Assembly (NCBI GenBank): GCA_028826165.1
Contig: JAPDFW010000012.1
Coordinates: 1-64,000, forward strand
From: Anaeramoeba ignava BMAN
Lineage: Eukaryota > Protista > Anaeramoebae
Length of the DNA stretch: 64,000 bases
Reading direction: 5' to 3'
Part shown: positions 1 to 14,974 of the stretch, one piece after another
Layout: every line of letters starts with the position of its first letter
Position numbering within the stretch: the first letter of the stretch is position 1
Notes under the pieces: model-generated
The model's database searches: none
What the model was told of the DNA's origin: nothing
What the model saw: only the letters and a program-made list of their open reading frames with translations
Translations under genes and position numbers: made by a program

Positions 1-3000
1 TGCTTCTTTTTCTTAAACTGTGATTTTTGATAATTTTAGAAATTGGTTCTTCTAATTCACCAAAATTTCTAGCTTCAAGAATTTAAAAAGTTGTGAAACA
101 AGATTATTTTTCATTGAATTAATTTGACTAATTTCATCTTGATCTTGATCTTGTTTTTGTTGTTCTTGTGTTTTCTGCATTTTGTTGAAGAGACATTTTA
201 AGAGCCTTTTCAAGTTCAGATTCTTCAAGAGTTTTTGAAACATCTTCTGTAATGGGATTATTCAAAATCCACTCTGTTGCTTCAATATCATCATCACCAC
301 CAACTTGTCTTAATCCTCTTCTGCTCTTTTTCTTGGAAATCCCATATCAACCATAATTTCAACAAGTTGTGGATTTACATAACTTCTTTGTCTACTTGGA
401 TATAAAAATGAGTTGAATTGATTCACTAGAGTTTGCTTTTTTCTGTTTTGGTTTTTAATTTCTCAAAAACTTCCTCATTAGTTCCTTCAAGTGCTGTATC
501 AAGCATAGACTTGAAAAATACTGTTCAAAAATTTATAAGGTGCAACACTTAGCTCTTTTTCCCCCAAACTAATGCTAGGAAATTATTTGTTACTTTGTTT
601 TGAATAATTTTTCATGAAGTTCTTTCTCATCAAATTTTTGTTTTAAATTTGGAAATTCAAAATTTTTAATGAGGATGTTATTGGTGAAGAAACAAATTTT
701 TGAGTTGAGATCATTTGTTGAATTGAATTGATAAATTTTTCTATTGTGTTGTCAAATAGAATTTGATGTTGGCGAGTAATATTTTCTGTTTTGGGTTTTT
801 CTTGTAAATTTTGATCTGTAATATTTTTCATTATTTGAAATTGTTTCTTTTGGTTCAGAAACGAAAAATGGGGTTTGTTTAACTAATTCGTTTAGAATTT
901 TGATTAAAAATTCAAAAACATCCATTTTGATAAACAAGAACAAGTAATAAAAATTGAATATTTCAGGAAGATGAAGAATGGGGAACAGAAGGATTCATAA
1001 ACGATTTAAAACGATCCAAAAAGGAAAAAGAGATAGTATAATTCAGAATAAGACATTGAAGAAAGTTGGGAATTTCTGTGTGAATTGAAGAATTGAGTTG
1101 AAGTTTCTAAATTTTGTGAAATTTGTTGAGCTAATAAAATAACAGGTTTTGAGGTGGTGATTTACTTTTCTTGAGCAATTGCAGGATTAAAAAGAAGATA
1201 TAACAATATGATTTAATCCTGAAAAAAGAAATCAATTAAAAGATGATTTAAGTTGGTTTCTGATCATTATTTGATTTTATCTTCTTTAATTTTATCTTTT
1301 TCTTCTTTTAATTTTTCCATTCTTTTCTTGTTTTTCTTCCTTTTCATTACAATTTATCCATTCAATTTGATCCAATAAATTTGAAAATGATAAACATAAT
1401 TCTAAAGAGCTTTTGGTTTTGTCCATTCTGTTAATAATGTAAGTGGAGAACCATCTCTTATACTGTGATAAGAAGCTTGTTTAACTAAATCAGAAAAGTA
1501 ATTGAACAAGACTTGTAAATCTCGAAAGTTGATTTTTAGAATCTGTTTTGAGAAGAAATTCAGAGTCAATATTTAATTTTTTAAGTTGTTCAAGTGTTTG
1601 ATTAACAAGAACTTGAGAAACTTCTGAAATTTTTTGAGATCCAATATTTTGGAATAAACGATTGAAAAATTCAGTTCCTGTTGATAAGAAAAAGTTTGTT
1701 GGAACTTCATCTGAAAGTAAAATATTCAAGAAGAAAACAAGTCCTCTTTTTTGTATGAACATGTTTGTGTGATTGTATGAAACTAGAAATCTTTCAAGGA
1801 ATTGAGAAATGTTTTCAATATAACCTCCAATATAAGTTTCAACTATTGAATCAACTTCTTCTTTGGGTTTTTCTTTGTTCTGTTCTCTAATAGTATTTGA
1901 ATATATTCCTTGGTAAATGTATTTGATCATTTCAATAATCATATTAATCATTGGCTCAAGAATTTCTGGAAGATATTGAACAACAAATTCAAAATTCAAT
2001 CCTAATTCTGTTAGTGTTCTTTTTGATAAAATTGGCAAATATTTATAATCAACAAGACAAGATAAAATTGGTTGGTAAATCTTTGATGCTTTGATGAAAA
2101 TCTGGCCTTGTTCATGTGAAGTGAGTCTATTGAGAATTCTTGAAAGAGTTATTAAAGAATTTGAAGAGTTTGGAACTATTTTATGAATTAATGAAGAAAG
2201 ATTTTTGAATATTCCTGCAGATATTGTAAGTGGGATATATAAAGGTTGAGCAATAATTTGATAAAGAATTTCAATAACTGTTGTGAATAAATTAGGGTTT
2301 TTTTCACATAATTCATGATTTAATAAAATTTCATTGATTTGTTTTTTCATTGGAGAGTTTGTAATAAATTCATCAATTTCTGTATCATTTTGTGGGAGTA
2401 AATGAGAGATTAATTTGAAAGACATTTCCAAACATTTGATTCTTTTTTGGCTGATTAATTGTGCTTTTGAATCTGAAATTTCCTTTTGTAAATTTACGAA
2501 ATCTGTTTCAATTCTTTTAAGGACATCTGTATAAAAATTTCTTTGAGATAAAAAATCATTGGAACAGCATTTGTATTTCTATTCAATAAAAAGAACCAAA
2601 TCTCAATAAAATTTGTGATTATTGGTAAAATTTCTGGATTTTCATCTTTGATTAAATTAATAGTCCCAAGAATCCATTGACTTTCATTTGTAAATAATAA
2701 AATTGCATTTGGAGTTTTTGTAATCATGAGAATAAATTTGGATAATTTTTTAAGGAATCTAAAATTATATATTGGATCTTCTTTTAATTGATCTTCAAGA
2801 TCTGCCATTAAATATTCCATTAAACCTGGAATTGTTTTTGTATCAATAACCTCTATTCTTGATGTAAATCCTGCTTTTTCAATAATTTCAGCTTGTAAAA
2901 AGGCATGTCTATAAATTGACATGAGTATTTGAATTGATAAAAATCTTAAATCCTAAATTTAATTTAAATAAATTTAATTTACAATTAAAAAAACAAACTT

Positions 3001-4105
3001 TTATTTATTATTTTTTTTACATTTTCAATTTTATAATCTGTTAAAGCAAGTGAATAAAGTTCTTGAACTAAATCAGGATAATTTTTTGAGATTTGTTTAA
3101 TATAAGGATTATTTTGAGATGAAATTGAGAATAAAGTTTCAAAAGCTATTAATTTTGTTTTGAAATTTTGTTTCATTCCATCAACACCTTTTTGGAAGCT
3201 TTTGAATCTATTATAATACTGATGAATTATTGGGAAAAAATATTCAGGAAGATTTTGTGTTTCTGATAAATTTTTTAGTTCATCAATTTCTGAAAACCAA
3301 TTTGAAAAATTAAGTTGAATTTGTTGTAAAAGTTTTTCTTGATCTTTTTCTTCTTCTTTTTTGATAACAAATGAGAAATTCATTAAACTAGAATCAGTAA
3401 TTAACTAATAATTAAAACAAAAATAAATATTAATAATTGAAAAAAGATGAAATGCTTTTTTTTTTTTACTTCTTTTTGCATTTTTAAATTTTCATCAATT
3501 TTTGCAAAATCTAAAAATGTAAATTTATGCACTTCATTTGTAATTAATGATATTTGAGAATATGTAAATAAAGATGAAAACAATTCATTTTGCCAAATTT
3601 TTGTAAATGAAGGATTTTTTGAAAATTGAGCAGAAAAATTAGAATTTGAAGGTGAAATTTTTGAATAAAGAACTTTAACTAATTCTAAAACATAATCAGC
3701 AAAAGGTTCTCCAATATCAAGTAATCTTTTAATATATTCTTCTGAATTGTATATTCCAATGTGTGTTTTTGATTTTTTAAGGATTTGTTTTGTAAATTTT
3801 AGAACTCCAATTATTAATTCTTTATTAAATTGTTCAATGTTTGTTAAATTTTCAATAAATGATTCTTTAAGTTTTTCTTTTTCAAAAATTTCATCAAATT
3901 TGTTTAAAACTTCTATCCATCCAAAAATATCAATCTATTTTTTTTTCCAAATAAAAATTAACAAAAAATAATAAAAAATAAAAATAAAAATAAAATTTTT
4001 TTTTACTTCTTTAAATGGGAATTTTTCATTTAAAATTTGAATAAATTCTTGAGAGTTTGAATCTAAACTTAAAATTTTTTTGATGAATTCTTGTTCTTCC
4101 AATGT
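1..4105 (-). CDS. HUWE1/Tom1/UPL1-like HECT E3 ubiquitin ligase, N-terminal part (DUF908/DUF913-like region plus UBA); multi-exon, runs off window start, first exon not located, several frameshifts
   Basis: Spliced translation gives IDIFGWIEVLNKFDEIFE, resembling the Tom1/HUWE1 N-terminal DLxHWIxxLNRFDxILE motif. UBA-like segment near 250-380 (NPQLVEIMVDMG...LRQVGGDDDIEATEWILNNP, with one frameshift). GT-AG introns 3935-4006, 3405-3469 and 2953-3020 keep frame. HECT domain itself is not in the window. Confidence 0.7.
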
Positions 4106-4199
4106 CTAAGCAAAAAAAGGAATTTTATTTATAATTTTTTTAATATTATTTTAATTTTTTTAATATTATTTTATTTTAATTTTTTTAATATTATTTTAA

Positions 4200-7100
4200 T
4201 TTTAATTTTGATTTTGATTTTGATTTAGATTTAGATTTTGATTTTGATTTTGATTTTGATTTTTATTTTGATTTAGATTTAGATTTTGATTTAGATTTAT
4301 ATTTTGATTTTAATTTTTATTTTAATTTTTATTTATAATTTTAATTTTAATTTTAATTTTGATTTTGATTTTAATTTAATTTATAATTTAATTTATAATT
4401 TAATTTATAATTTAATTTATAATTTAATTTATAATTTTATTTATAATTTAATTTATAATTTAATTTATAATTTTATTTATAATTTTATTTATAATTTTAT
4501 TTATAATTTTATTTATAATTTAATTTATAATTTTATTTATAATTTTATTTTATAATTTTATTTATAATTTTATTTATAATTTTATTTATAATTTTATTTA
4601 TTTTTAATTTATAATTTAATTTATAATTTTAATTTACAATTTATAATTTATTTATAATTTTATTTTATAATTTAATTTATAATTTAATTTATAATTTTAA
4701 TTTATAATTTTATTTATAATTTATTTATAATTTTAATTTATAATTTTATTTATAATTTTATTTATAATTTTATTTATAATTTTAATTTATAATTTTATTT
4801 ATATTTTTATTTATAATTTTATTTATAATTTTATTTATAATTTTATTTATAATTTTATTTATAATTTTATTTATAATTTTATTTATAATTTTATTTATAA
4901 TTTTATTTATAATTTTATTTATAATTTTATTTATAATTTTATTTATAATTTTATTTATAATTTATTTTATAATTTTATTTATAATTTTATTTATAATTTT
5001 ATTTATAATTTAATTTATAATTTAATTTATAATTTTATTTATAATTTTATTTATAATTTTATTTATAATTTAATTTATAATTTTTATTTATAATTTAATT
5101 TATAATTTTTATTTATAATTTTATTTTATATTTTTATTTATAATTTTATTTATAATTTAATTTATATTTTTAATTTATAATTTTAATTTATAATTTTATT
5201 TATAATTTAATTTATGTTTTATTTATAATTTTATTTATAATTTAATTTATAATTTAATTTATAATTTAATTTATAATTTTATTTATAATTTTATTTTATA
5301 ATTTTTATTTATTATTTTATTTATTATTTTATTTATAATTTAATTTATATTTTAATTTATAATTTTATTTATAATTTTATTTATAATTTTATTTATAATT
5401 TAATTTATAATTTTATTTATAATTTAATTTATAATTTTATTTATAATTTTATTTATAATTTTATTTATAATTTTAATTTTGATTTTAATTTTTAATTTTT
5501 GATTTTAATTTTGATTTTAATTTTTATTTATAATTTTATTTATATTTTAATTTATAATTTAATTTATAATTTTATTTATAATTTAATTTATAATTTAATT
5601 TATAATTTTATTTATAATTTTATTTATAATTTTATTTATAATTTAATTTATAATTTTAATTTATAATTTTATTTATAATTTTATTTATAATTTTAATTTA
5701 TAATTTTATTTATAATTTTATTTATAATTTTATTTATAATTTTTATTTATAATTTTGTTTATAATTTTATTTATAATTTAATTTATAATTTTATTTATAA
5801 TTTTATTTATAATTTAATTTATAATTTTATTTATAATTTTTATTTATAATTTTATTTATAATTTTATTTATAATTTTGTTTATAATTTTATTTATAATTT
5901 TATTTATAATTTTATTTATAATTTTTGTTTATAATTTTATTTATAATTTAATTTATAATTTTAATTTATAATTTAATTTATAATTTTTATTTATAATTTT
6001 ATTTATAATTTTTATTTATAATTTTATTTATAATTTAATTTATAATTTTTATTTATAATTTTATTTATAATTTTTATTTATAATTTTTATTTATAATTTT
6101 ATTTATAATTTAATTTATAATTTTAATTTATAATTTTATTTATAATTTTATTTTATAATTTTATTTATAATTTTATTTATAATTTTATTTATAATTTTAA
6201 TTTATAATTTAATTTATAATTTAATTTATAATTTAATTTATAATTTAATTTATAATTTAATTTATAATTTTATTTTATAATTTTATTTATACTTTTAATT
6301 TATAATTTAATTTATAATTTAATTTATAATTTAATTTATAATTTTAATTTATAATTTTATTTATAATTTTATTTATAATTTTATTTATAATTTTATTTAT
6401 AATTTTATTTATAATTTTATTTATAATTTTATTTATAATTTTATTTATAATTTAATTTATAATTTAATTTATAATTTTATTTATAATTTAATTTATAATT
6501 TAATTTATAATTATATTTTGATTTTGATTTTGATTTTGATTTTGATTTTGATTTTGATTTTGATTTTGATTTTGATTTTTAATTTTGATTTTGATTTTAA
6601 TTTTTGATTTTAATTTTGATTTTAATTTTTAATTTTAATTTTTATTTATAATTTTAATTTTAATTTTAATTTTGATTTTGATTTTGATTTTAATTTTAAT
6701 TTTGATTTTAATTTTGATTTATAATTTTGATTTTAATTTTGATTTTAATTTTGATTTTAATTTTGATTTTAATTTTAATTTTAATTTATAATTTTAATTT
6801 TGATTTTGATTTTGATTTTAATTTTAATTTTAATTTTAATTTTTATTTATAATTTTATTTATAATTTTATTTATAATTTAAATTTATAATTTAATTTATA
6901 ATTTTATTTTATAATTTTTATTTATAATTTTATTTATAATTTTGTTTATAATTTTATTTATAATTTTATTTATATTTAATTTATAATTTTATTTATAATT
7001 TTATTTATAATTTTATTTATTATTTTATTTATAATTTTATTTATAATTTTATTTATAATTTTATTTATAATTTTATTTATTATTTAATTTATAATTTAAT

Positions 7101-7232
7101 TTATAATTTTATTTATAATTTAATTTATAATTTTATTTATATTTTTATTTATAATTTTATTTATAATTTTATTTATAATTTTATTTATAATTTTATTTAT
7201 AATTTAATTTATAATTTTATTTATAATTTTAT
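4200..7232. repeat. ~3 kb AT-only minisatellite (12-mer ATAATTTTATTT / ATAATTTAATTT) with (TTTTGA)n/(TTTTAA)n blocks
   Basis: Directly visible tandem 12-mer with hexamer blocks at about 4200-4380, 5480-5520 and 6515-6840. Confidence 0.95.
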
Positions 7233-8122
7233 AAATGGTTGTGTTTTGTAAGTTGATATTGTAAAATTTCACATTTAAAAATAATAAAAAGTGTATTAAA
7301 TAAAAAAGAGAGAAAAATATTTTGTGTTTTAAAAATTTTAGAATTTTTTACAATTGTTTTTGTTTGTGAAAGAATTTTAATTTTCATTTTTATAAAGAAA
7401 AAAATAAAAAAAATAGAAAAAATAAAAATAGAAATGAGAAAAATGAAAAAATTAAATTTAAAAAAATTAAAAATAACACGTATTTATTAAAAAATTTTTA
7501 TTTTTTCTCCTTTTGTTTTTCTCCTTTTTATTTAATTTAATCAAAATTCCAATTAAATTAATTTGTTTAACATTTCTTTATAAGATTCTATTTAAATTCC
7601 GTTTCAAATCTATTTGATTATAAAAATTAATTTAATTCTCTAAAAGAAAAAGAGAGAAAGAGATCAATTTTTTTTGATTTTGAATTAAAAGGAATTAAAA
7701 AGGAAATCAAATTAGAAATAAATAAAATAAAGAAAAAGCAAAAATCTATCCTTTTAGGATCAACTATTCAAAAAAATTTTTGCTTTTTTCTTTTTTTTTT
7801 TTTTTTTTGCTTTTTGTTTTTTGCTTTATCTTGATTTATTTTGATTTAAATTATTTAAGTAAATTTAATTGAAAAAGAAAAAGAAAAGAAAATTATAAAT
7901 TGCTTATTTGTAAAAATAAAAATTAAAATTAAATTTTTTTTTTTCACTTTTTTATTTCTTTTTTTTTCTTTTTTATTTCTTTTTTATTTCTTTTTTTTAA
8001 TTAAATTTTAAAAATTATAAAAATTTTTACATTTTTGATCTTTTGTTCATTTTCTTTCTGGCATTTTATCCTCAAATAAAAAAATAAAAAAAAAAAAGCA
8101 AACGAAAAAAAAAATTAAAACG

Positions 8123-11100
8123 ATGCAAAAACCAGATCCACAAAAAAGAACAATTCAACAAGTAAAACCTAACGAACAAAGACTAAACAATCCACAACTA
8201 AGTTTTTCAACGCAGATCCCACTTCCAACAACGGAATTAAATCGATTTCAAAATTTAAATCAATATTTTCCTCAACAAATTCAATTTGCACAACCAACTC
8301 AACAACAAAACCAATTTATGACCCCCAATTATCCTATTCATCAACATCCTCATCTCTCTCAAGAATCTACTCCTTACTTGTTTTTTTCTTCTTTTCCTTA
8401 TTTCAATGACCAATCTTCTGTTAATTTTCAAAATGATCGTATGTTAAAAAAATTTTTTTTTAATTAATTTTTATTTTTTTTTTCACTTTCATCAATTTTT
8501 CTTTTTTTTTGTAAATAATAACCATAATAATAATTATAAATTTATCAAAAAATCTATCACAAACAAAACCCAATACAAATCAAATTATATTTATAATCAA
8601 ATTTATAATTATATTTATAATTAAATTTATAATTAAATTTATAATTATATTTATAATTAAATTTATAATTAAATTTATAATTAAATTTATAATTAAATTT
8701 ATAATTAAATTTATAATTAAATTTATAATTAAATTTATAATTATATTTATAATTTTATTTATAATTAAATTTATATTAAATTTATATTAAATTTATATTA
8801 AATTTATAATAAAACTTATAATTAAATTTATAATTAAATTTATCACAAACAAAACCCAATACAAAATCAAATTAAATTTATAATTAAATTTATAATTAAA
8901 TTTATAATTAAACTTATAATTAAATTTATAATTAAATTTATAATTAAATTTATAATTAAATTTATAATTAAATTCATAATTAAAATTTATAATTAAATTT
9001 ATAATTAAATTTATAATTAAATTTATAATTAAATTTATATTTAAATTTTATCATTATATTTATATTTTAAATTTATCATTAAACTTATAATTAAATTTAT
9101 AATTAAATTTATATTAAATTTATAATTAAATTTATAATAAAACTTATAATTAAATTTATAATTAAATTTATATTTAAATTTATCATTTTATTTATAATTA
9201 AATTTATAATTAAATTTATAATTTTATTTATAATTTTATTTATAATTAAATTTATAATTAAATTCATAATTAAATTTATAATTAAATTTATATTTAAATT
9301 TATCATTTTATTTATAATTAAATTTATAATTATATTTATAATTAAATTTATAATTAAATTTATAATTAAATTTATAATTAAATTTATATTTAAATTTATA
9401 ATTATATTTATAATTAAATTTATATTTAAATTTATCATTATATTTATATTTAAACTTATAATTAAATTTATAATTATATTTATAATTAAATTCTTTTTTT
9501 TTTGATAATTTTTATACAAAATAGAAACTATACAACAACAAAATCAAGAAACTACTTCAATTCCACAAGATAATGAAATGAAAAATGAAAGAAACCAACA
9601 CCAATATCAATTAAATCCAAATATAAATCCAAATCAAAATCAAAATCAAAATCAAAATCAAAATCAAAATATAAATCAAAATCAAAATCAAAATCAAAAT
9701 ATAAACCCAAATCAAAACCAAAATCAAAATCAAAATCAAAACCAAAATATAAATCCAAATCAAAATCAAAATCAAAATCAAAATCAAAATATAAACCCAA
9801 ATCCAAACCAAAATATAAATCCAAATATAAATCAAAATCAAAATATAAATCCAAATCAAAATCAAAATCAAAATATAAATCCAAATCAAAATCAAAATAT
9901 AAATCAAAATCCAAATCAAAATATAAATCCAAATCAAAATATAAATCAAAATTTATATGGAAATCAAAATCAAAATCAAAATCAAAATCAAAATCAAAAT
10001 CCAAATCCAAATATAAATCCAAATATAAATCAAAATATAAATCCAAATATAAATCAAAATATAAATCAAAATCAAAATCAAAATATAAATCCAAATCAAA
10101 ATATAAATCCAAATATAAATCCAAATATAAATCAAAATCAAAATCCAAATCCAAATATAAATCCAAATCAAAATATAAATCAAAATATAAATCAAAATCA
10201 AAATCAAAATATGAATAGAAATCAAAATCAAAACCAAAACCCTTATTTTCAAAAATTTATACAAAATCCTCAATATCAACAACCACACTTTCCAGAAAAT
10301 TCACCTATTAAACAAGATCAAAACATATCTTTTTATGATCCTTCTCAAAATTATCCAGTATTCCCAATTCGAGCACCTATTATCCCAATTTATCCACAAC
10401 AGATGTAAATATACATTTAGAAAATTATATAATCATATCAATTCTTAATAATCAAATCAAAAAAACAATTTTTTTTTCAATAGGAATCCAAATAATCCAC
10501 AGTATTCACCAATTATAAATCCACAAATAAATATCAACAAGGCTGTTTCATTCCTCAAAATTGTTCAAGAACGTTTCCAAGATCAACCATCTTTATTTCA
10601 TAAATTCCTATCAATAATGAAGCAACTAAGAAACAATCAAATTACAACAAAAGATACAATTCAAGAAGTGAACAAATTATTCAGTCGACATCCGGATTTA
10701 ATTGAGCATTTCAATGATTTTATTCCGCAAGAAGTAAAGCCACAAACACCCCAAATGTTTGATCAACAAGGAGCAACACGAGCATTTGAACTTTTAAAGA
10801 AAATACAAGAAAGATTTCCTCGAGAATCTGAAATTTTTAATTCTTTTATGGATATTGTTTCAAATCGACAAAAATTATCAAAAGAAATAATTGTGGGACA
10901 TATTTCTCAATTATTTCAAGGCCATACTGATTTAATTCATGATTTCAAAGAAATGTTAAAAAACGAAGAATCACCACTTGCAAAACAAGCAACACAAATA
11001 AATCCCATGTATCCAAGAACAACCCCACAAAGCAATGAAAGAAAGCATTTCAAGAATCCTCCACAAACAATGCATCAAGTTCAAAAAGTTGAAAATAAAA

Positions 11101-14100
11101 ACCAAGATCGAAGTAAAGAAGGAAACATTAATAAAAATAAACCAAAATATAAAGATGAAAATCAAATGAAACTTTCATATTCAAATCAAGTTTCCAATTC
11201 TTTTTCTGAAGATGATTTCGAGTCCAAAAGAAGGAAAAAAAAGACTTCTAAAAGCATTTTTGATTCAGAAAACTCCGAATCAAACGATTCAAATCGTGAT
11301 GAAAATTTTTCTGAATTATCAAGTGAAATGGAAATTTCTGATACAGAAACAGAAGGTTTAAATGAAGAACATTTAGGTGTTCAATTTGCAAAGAAGTTTC
11401 TTCGTCAAGCAAGATCTCATCTTCCTTCAATAGCTTATGAGCAATTTTTGAAATGTTTACATCTTTATTCACAAAGAATTTTAAATCCTTCAACTGTTTT
11501 AGAACTTACTAATGATATTTTTCAATCTTTTCCTGATCTTCAAGATGAATTTAAAGAGATTATTTTACTTGAAGATTCTTTTGATGAAGCTATAGATTTT
11601 GAATTATTAGAAAGTTCAGGTTCTTCATATAAAGCGCTTCCTTCACATGTAAATTAAAATTAAAATTCATTTATAAAATTAAATTAAAATTCATTTATAA
11701 AATTAAAATAAATTCATTTATAAAATTAAAATTAAAATAATTAAAATTAAAATTCATTTATAAAATTTAAATTAAAATTCATTTATAAAATTAAAATAAA
11801 TTCATTTATAAAATTAAAATTCATTTATAAAATTAAAATTAAAATAAATTCATTTATAAAATTAAAATAAATTCATTTATAAAATTAAAATTCATTTATA
11901 AAATTAAAATTAAAATTAAAATTCATTTATAAAATTAAAATTAAGATTCATTTATAAAATTGAAATTCATTTATAAAATTAAAATTCATTTATAAAATTA
12001 AAATTAAAATTAAAATTAAAATTAAAATTAAAATTAAAATTAAAATTAAAATTCATTTATAAAATTAAAAAATATTCTTCTTAAAGCCTCAATCACAAAA
12101 ATGTAGTGCTCGTCATGAATTAGAAATTTCTGTTCTAAATAATAAATGGGTTTCAATTCCAAGAGGAAGTGAAGATTATAGTACTTATTCTACTGATCCA
12201 AATCAACATGAACAAATTATTTTAAAATGTGAAGAAGAAAGATATGAAATGGATATGTTAATTGAATTAAACTTAAGAACTTTAAGAGAATTTGAGAATT
12301 TAATGATTAAATTAAATCAAATTGATTCTAAAAAACTTGAAAACAAAATACAATGTATTTCACTTTTAAAAATCAATTCATTTTTTAAATTTTTTAAATT
12401 TTTTGATTTTGTGATTTTTTCTTTTATAGCTTTTTTAATAGATGGAATTCATAGTAAAACTATTAAACTTTGTTATGGTGAACATTCAAAAGAAATATTT
12501 GATTTAATTAAAAAAGATGTTTATTCTGCTCTTCCAATTCTTTTAAGAAGACTTCGTTTAAGAGATTTAAAATTAAAAAGAGAAAAACGAAAAATGAATG
12601 AATATTGGAAACAAATTACTGATCTTCATTTTCTTGATTCAAAAGAATTTAAATTTAATGAGTTTCAAGTTCATGAAAAAAATGCTTTAAGTTCTTCAAG
12701 TAATTTTATAAATGAATTTTAATTTTAATTTTTATTTAATTTTTTATTTTTATTTTTATTGAATTTAGAATTACTTAATGATATTTTCCCAAAAAAAAGA
12801 AAGGGAAATCATTCTCATAAGAAAAAAAAAGCTACTATGATTTTTACAATTAATCATCCAAATTTTTTATCCAATATTAAAAATTTATTAAATATTTCAG
12901 CAAGAAATATTGAACAACTTGAATCATTTAATTATGAAAAATCTGAATTTTTTTCAAGAATTGATAATCTATTTAAATTTCAAGTTAAAAATTCCAAAAA
13001 GAATTTACAATTAATTATTGAAAGAATTGAAAAATTTTTATCGATGATATTGGATATTTTTTTCACAACAGATCCAAAATTTCCTGAAATTGAAATGGAA
13101 CAAATTTGTATATCAAATTTGATGGAATATTTTTTATCAAATGAAAATTCAAATGAAAATTCAAAATGAAAATGAAAATTCAAATGAAAATGAAAATGAA
13201 AATTCAAATGAAAATGAAAATGAAAATGAAAATGAAAATCCAAAATGAAAATGAAAATGAAAATGAAAATGAAAATGAAAATGAAAATGAAAATGAAAAT
13301 GAAAATGAAAATGAAAATGAAAATGAAAATGAAAATGAAAATGAAAATGAAAATGAAAATGAAAATGAAAATCAAAATGAAAATGAAAATGAAAATGAAA
13401 GTGAAAATGAAAATGAAAATGAAAATCATAATCATAATCAAAATCAAAATCAAAATCAAAATATAAATATAAATCAAAATATAAATATAAATCAAAATAT
13501 AAATCAAAAACATTCTGAAAGAGTATTACTTTTTGGAGGAAAATATTACTATTATTTCTTTCGAAAATTAGTTTTTTTACATAAAAGATTAATTGATGCA
13601 AAACAAACATTATATAATACTTATGAATCTTTATTACATCGAAAACAACAAAAAAAACAACTTCTTTTCCCTCCATCAAATGAACAACCTAAAAATTCAT
13701 CAAGACACGTACTTTTATCACGATTTCTCAAGGAAAAAATCCCCAAAGAAGGATTTTATGCTTCTTTTATTAAATTGATTTCTGATAAACTTGAAAACAA
13801 AATTTCTTCAAAAGATTATGAAGTTGAATGTAGAGATTTATTTGGATCTGAAGCTTATAAATATTTATCTATTGATAAGATTATTGGCTCTCTTATTATG
13901 AGTATTGCTGAAATTTTAACATCAAAAAAGGAAATTCATTCCTCTTTTTTTATCTCTAAAAAAAGTATTGAAGTTACTGGAAATGTAAATTGGATTTTAT
14001 CAACTTTTTTATCAAATATTGAGAATGAAAAATATTATTTTAGATTTGAATATGAAGAAAAGAACAATAAACAAGATAAAATTGGAAAAAAACCAAATGA

Positions 14101-14785
14101 AAAATCAAATGAAAAATCAAATGAAAAATCAAATCAAAAATCAAATCAAAAATCAATGAATATTGAAAAAAAAATTGAATCATCTCGCTTTTCAATCAAA
14201 ACTGTAGATATTGAAGAAATAAAAGAAACAAGCTCGTTTAATAATAGTCAAAACTATTTATTTTCTTCAACTCACTATTCTATTATTAATACTCTTCCAT
14301 TTGGATTAACACCAAAAGATCTTAAAAAAATCACAAAAAATCAATTATTTTTCGTTCCAAATTTATTACATTGGAATAAAATTGTTTCAAATGAAGAAAG
14401 TGAAGATGAAAGTAATTCTGAATTTGATGAAAATGAAAATAATGAAAATGAAATTAATGAAGATGAAAATGAAATTAATGAAGATGAAGATGAAGATGAA
14501 AGTGAAAATGAAAGTGAAAATGAAATTGAAATTGATGATGAAATTGAAATTGATGATGAAATTGATGAAAAATATTTTAAAACTCCTAAAAAGATTGATC
14601 AACAAAAATTTACTCAAATTATTTCAAAAAATGTATTTCAATCAGATTCTTTTCAAGATTTTCAAAATCAGAAAAAAAATTATAATATTCAAAGAATTAA
14701 ACCAAAAGAAGATTTTTTTTATCGATGGTATTCTATTGTTGTTTCTGAAAATTATAAACAAGAAAATAGAGATAAAATTAATTGA
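8123..14785 (+). CDS. SIN3: Sin3 paired-amphipathic-helix corepressor (3 PAH domains, HDAC-interaction domain, Sin3_C); 6 exons, frameshifts in the EN tract near 13165-13240
   Basis: PAH motifs (AVSFLKIVQERF...VNKLFSRHPDLIEHFNDFIP; ISQLFQGHTDLIHDFKEML; AYEQFLKCLHLYSQRIL...FPDLQDEFK). HID: SYKALP...KCSAR...VLNNKWVSIP...CEEERYEMDML. C-terminal YEVECRDLFGSEAYKYLSIDKII. Introns 8439-9524, 10405-10483, 11649-12086, 12355-12429 (acceptor could be 12441) and 12700-12768. Confidence 0.92.
8580..9490. repeat. Intronic 12-mer minisatellite (ATAATTAAATTT)n in Sin3 intron 1
   Basis: Tandem 12-mer between GT at 8439 and AG at 9524. Confidence 0.9.
11650..12070. repeat. Intronic (TTAAAA)n with interspersed TTCATTTATAAA in Sin3 intron 3
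   Basis: Directly visible; the same repeat type recurs at 46215-47160 and 56900-57880. Confidence 0.9.
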
Positions 14786-14974
14786 TTAAAAAATTCAGAT
14801 GCAAAAAGAACAAAATTTATCTTTTCTTTTTTTTTTTTTTTTACTTTTTGATTTTTAGATTTTTGTTTTTTGTTTTTTCTTTTAGAAATGATTTGAAGTT
14901 TTTTTTTTTTAATAAAGAAAATAATAAAGAAAATAATTTTTAATTTTTAATTTTTAATTTTTAATTTTTAATTT

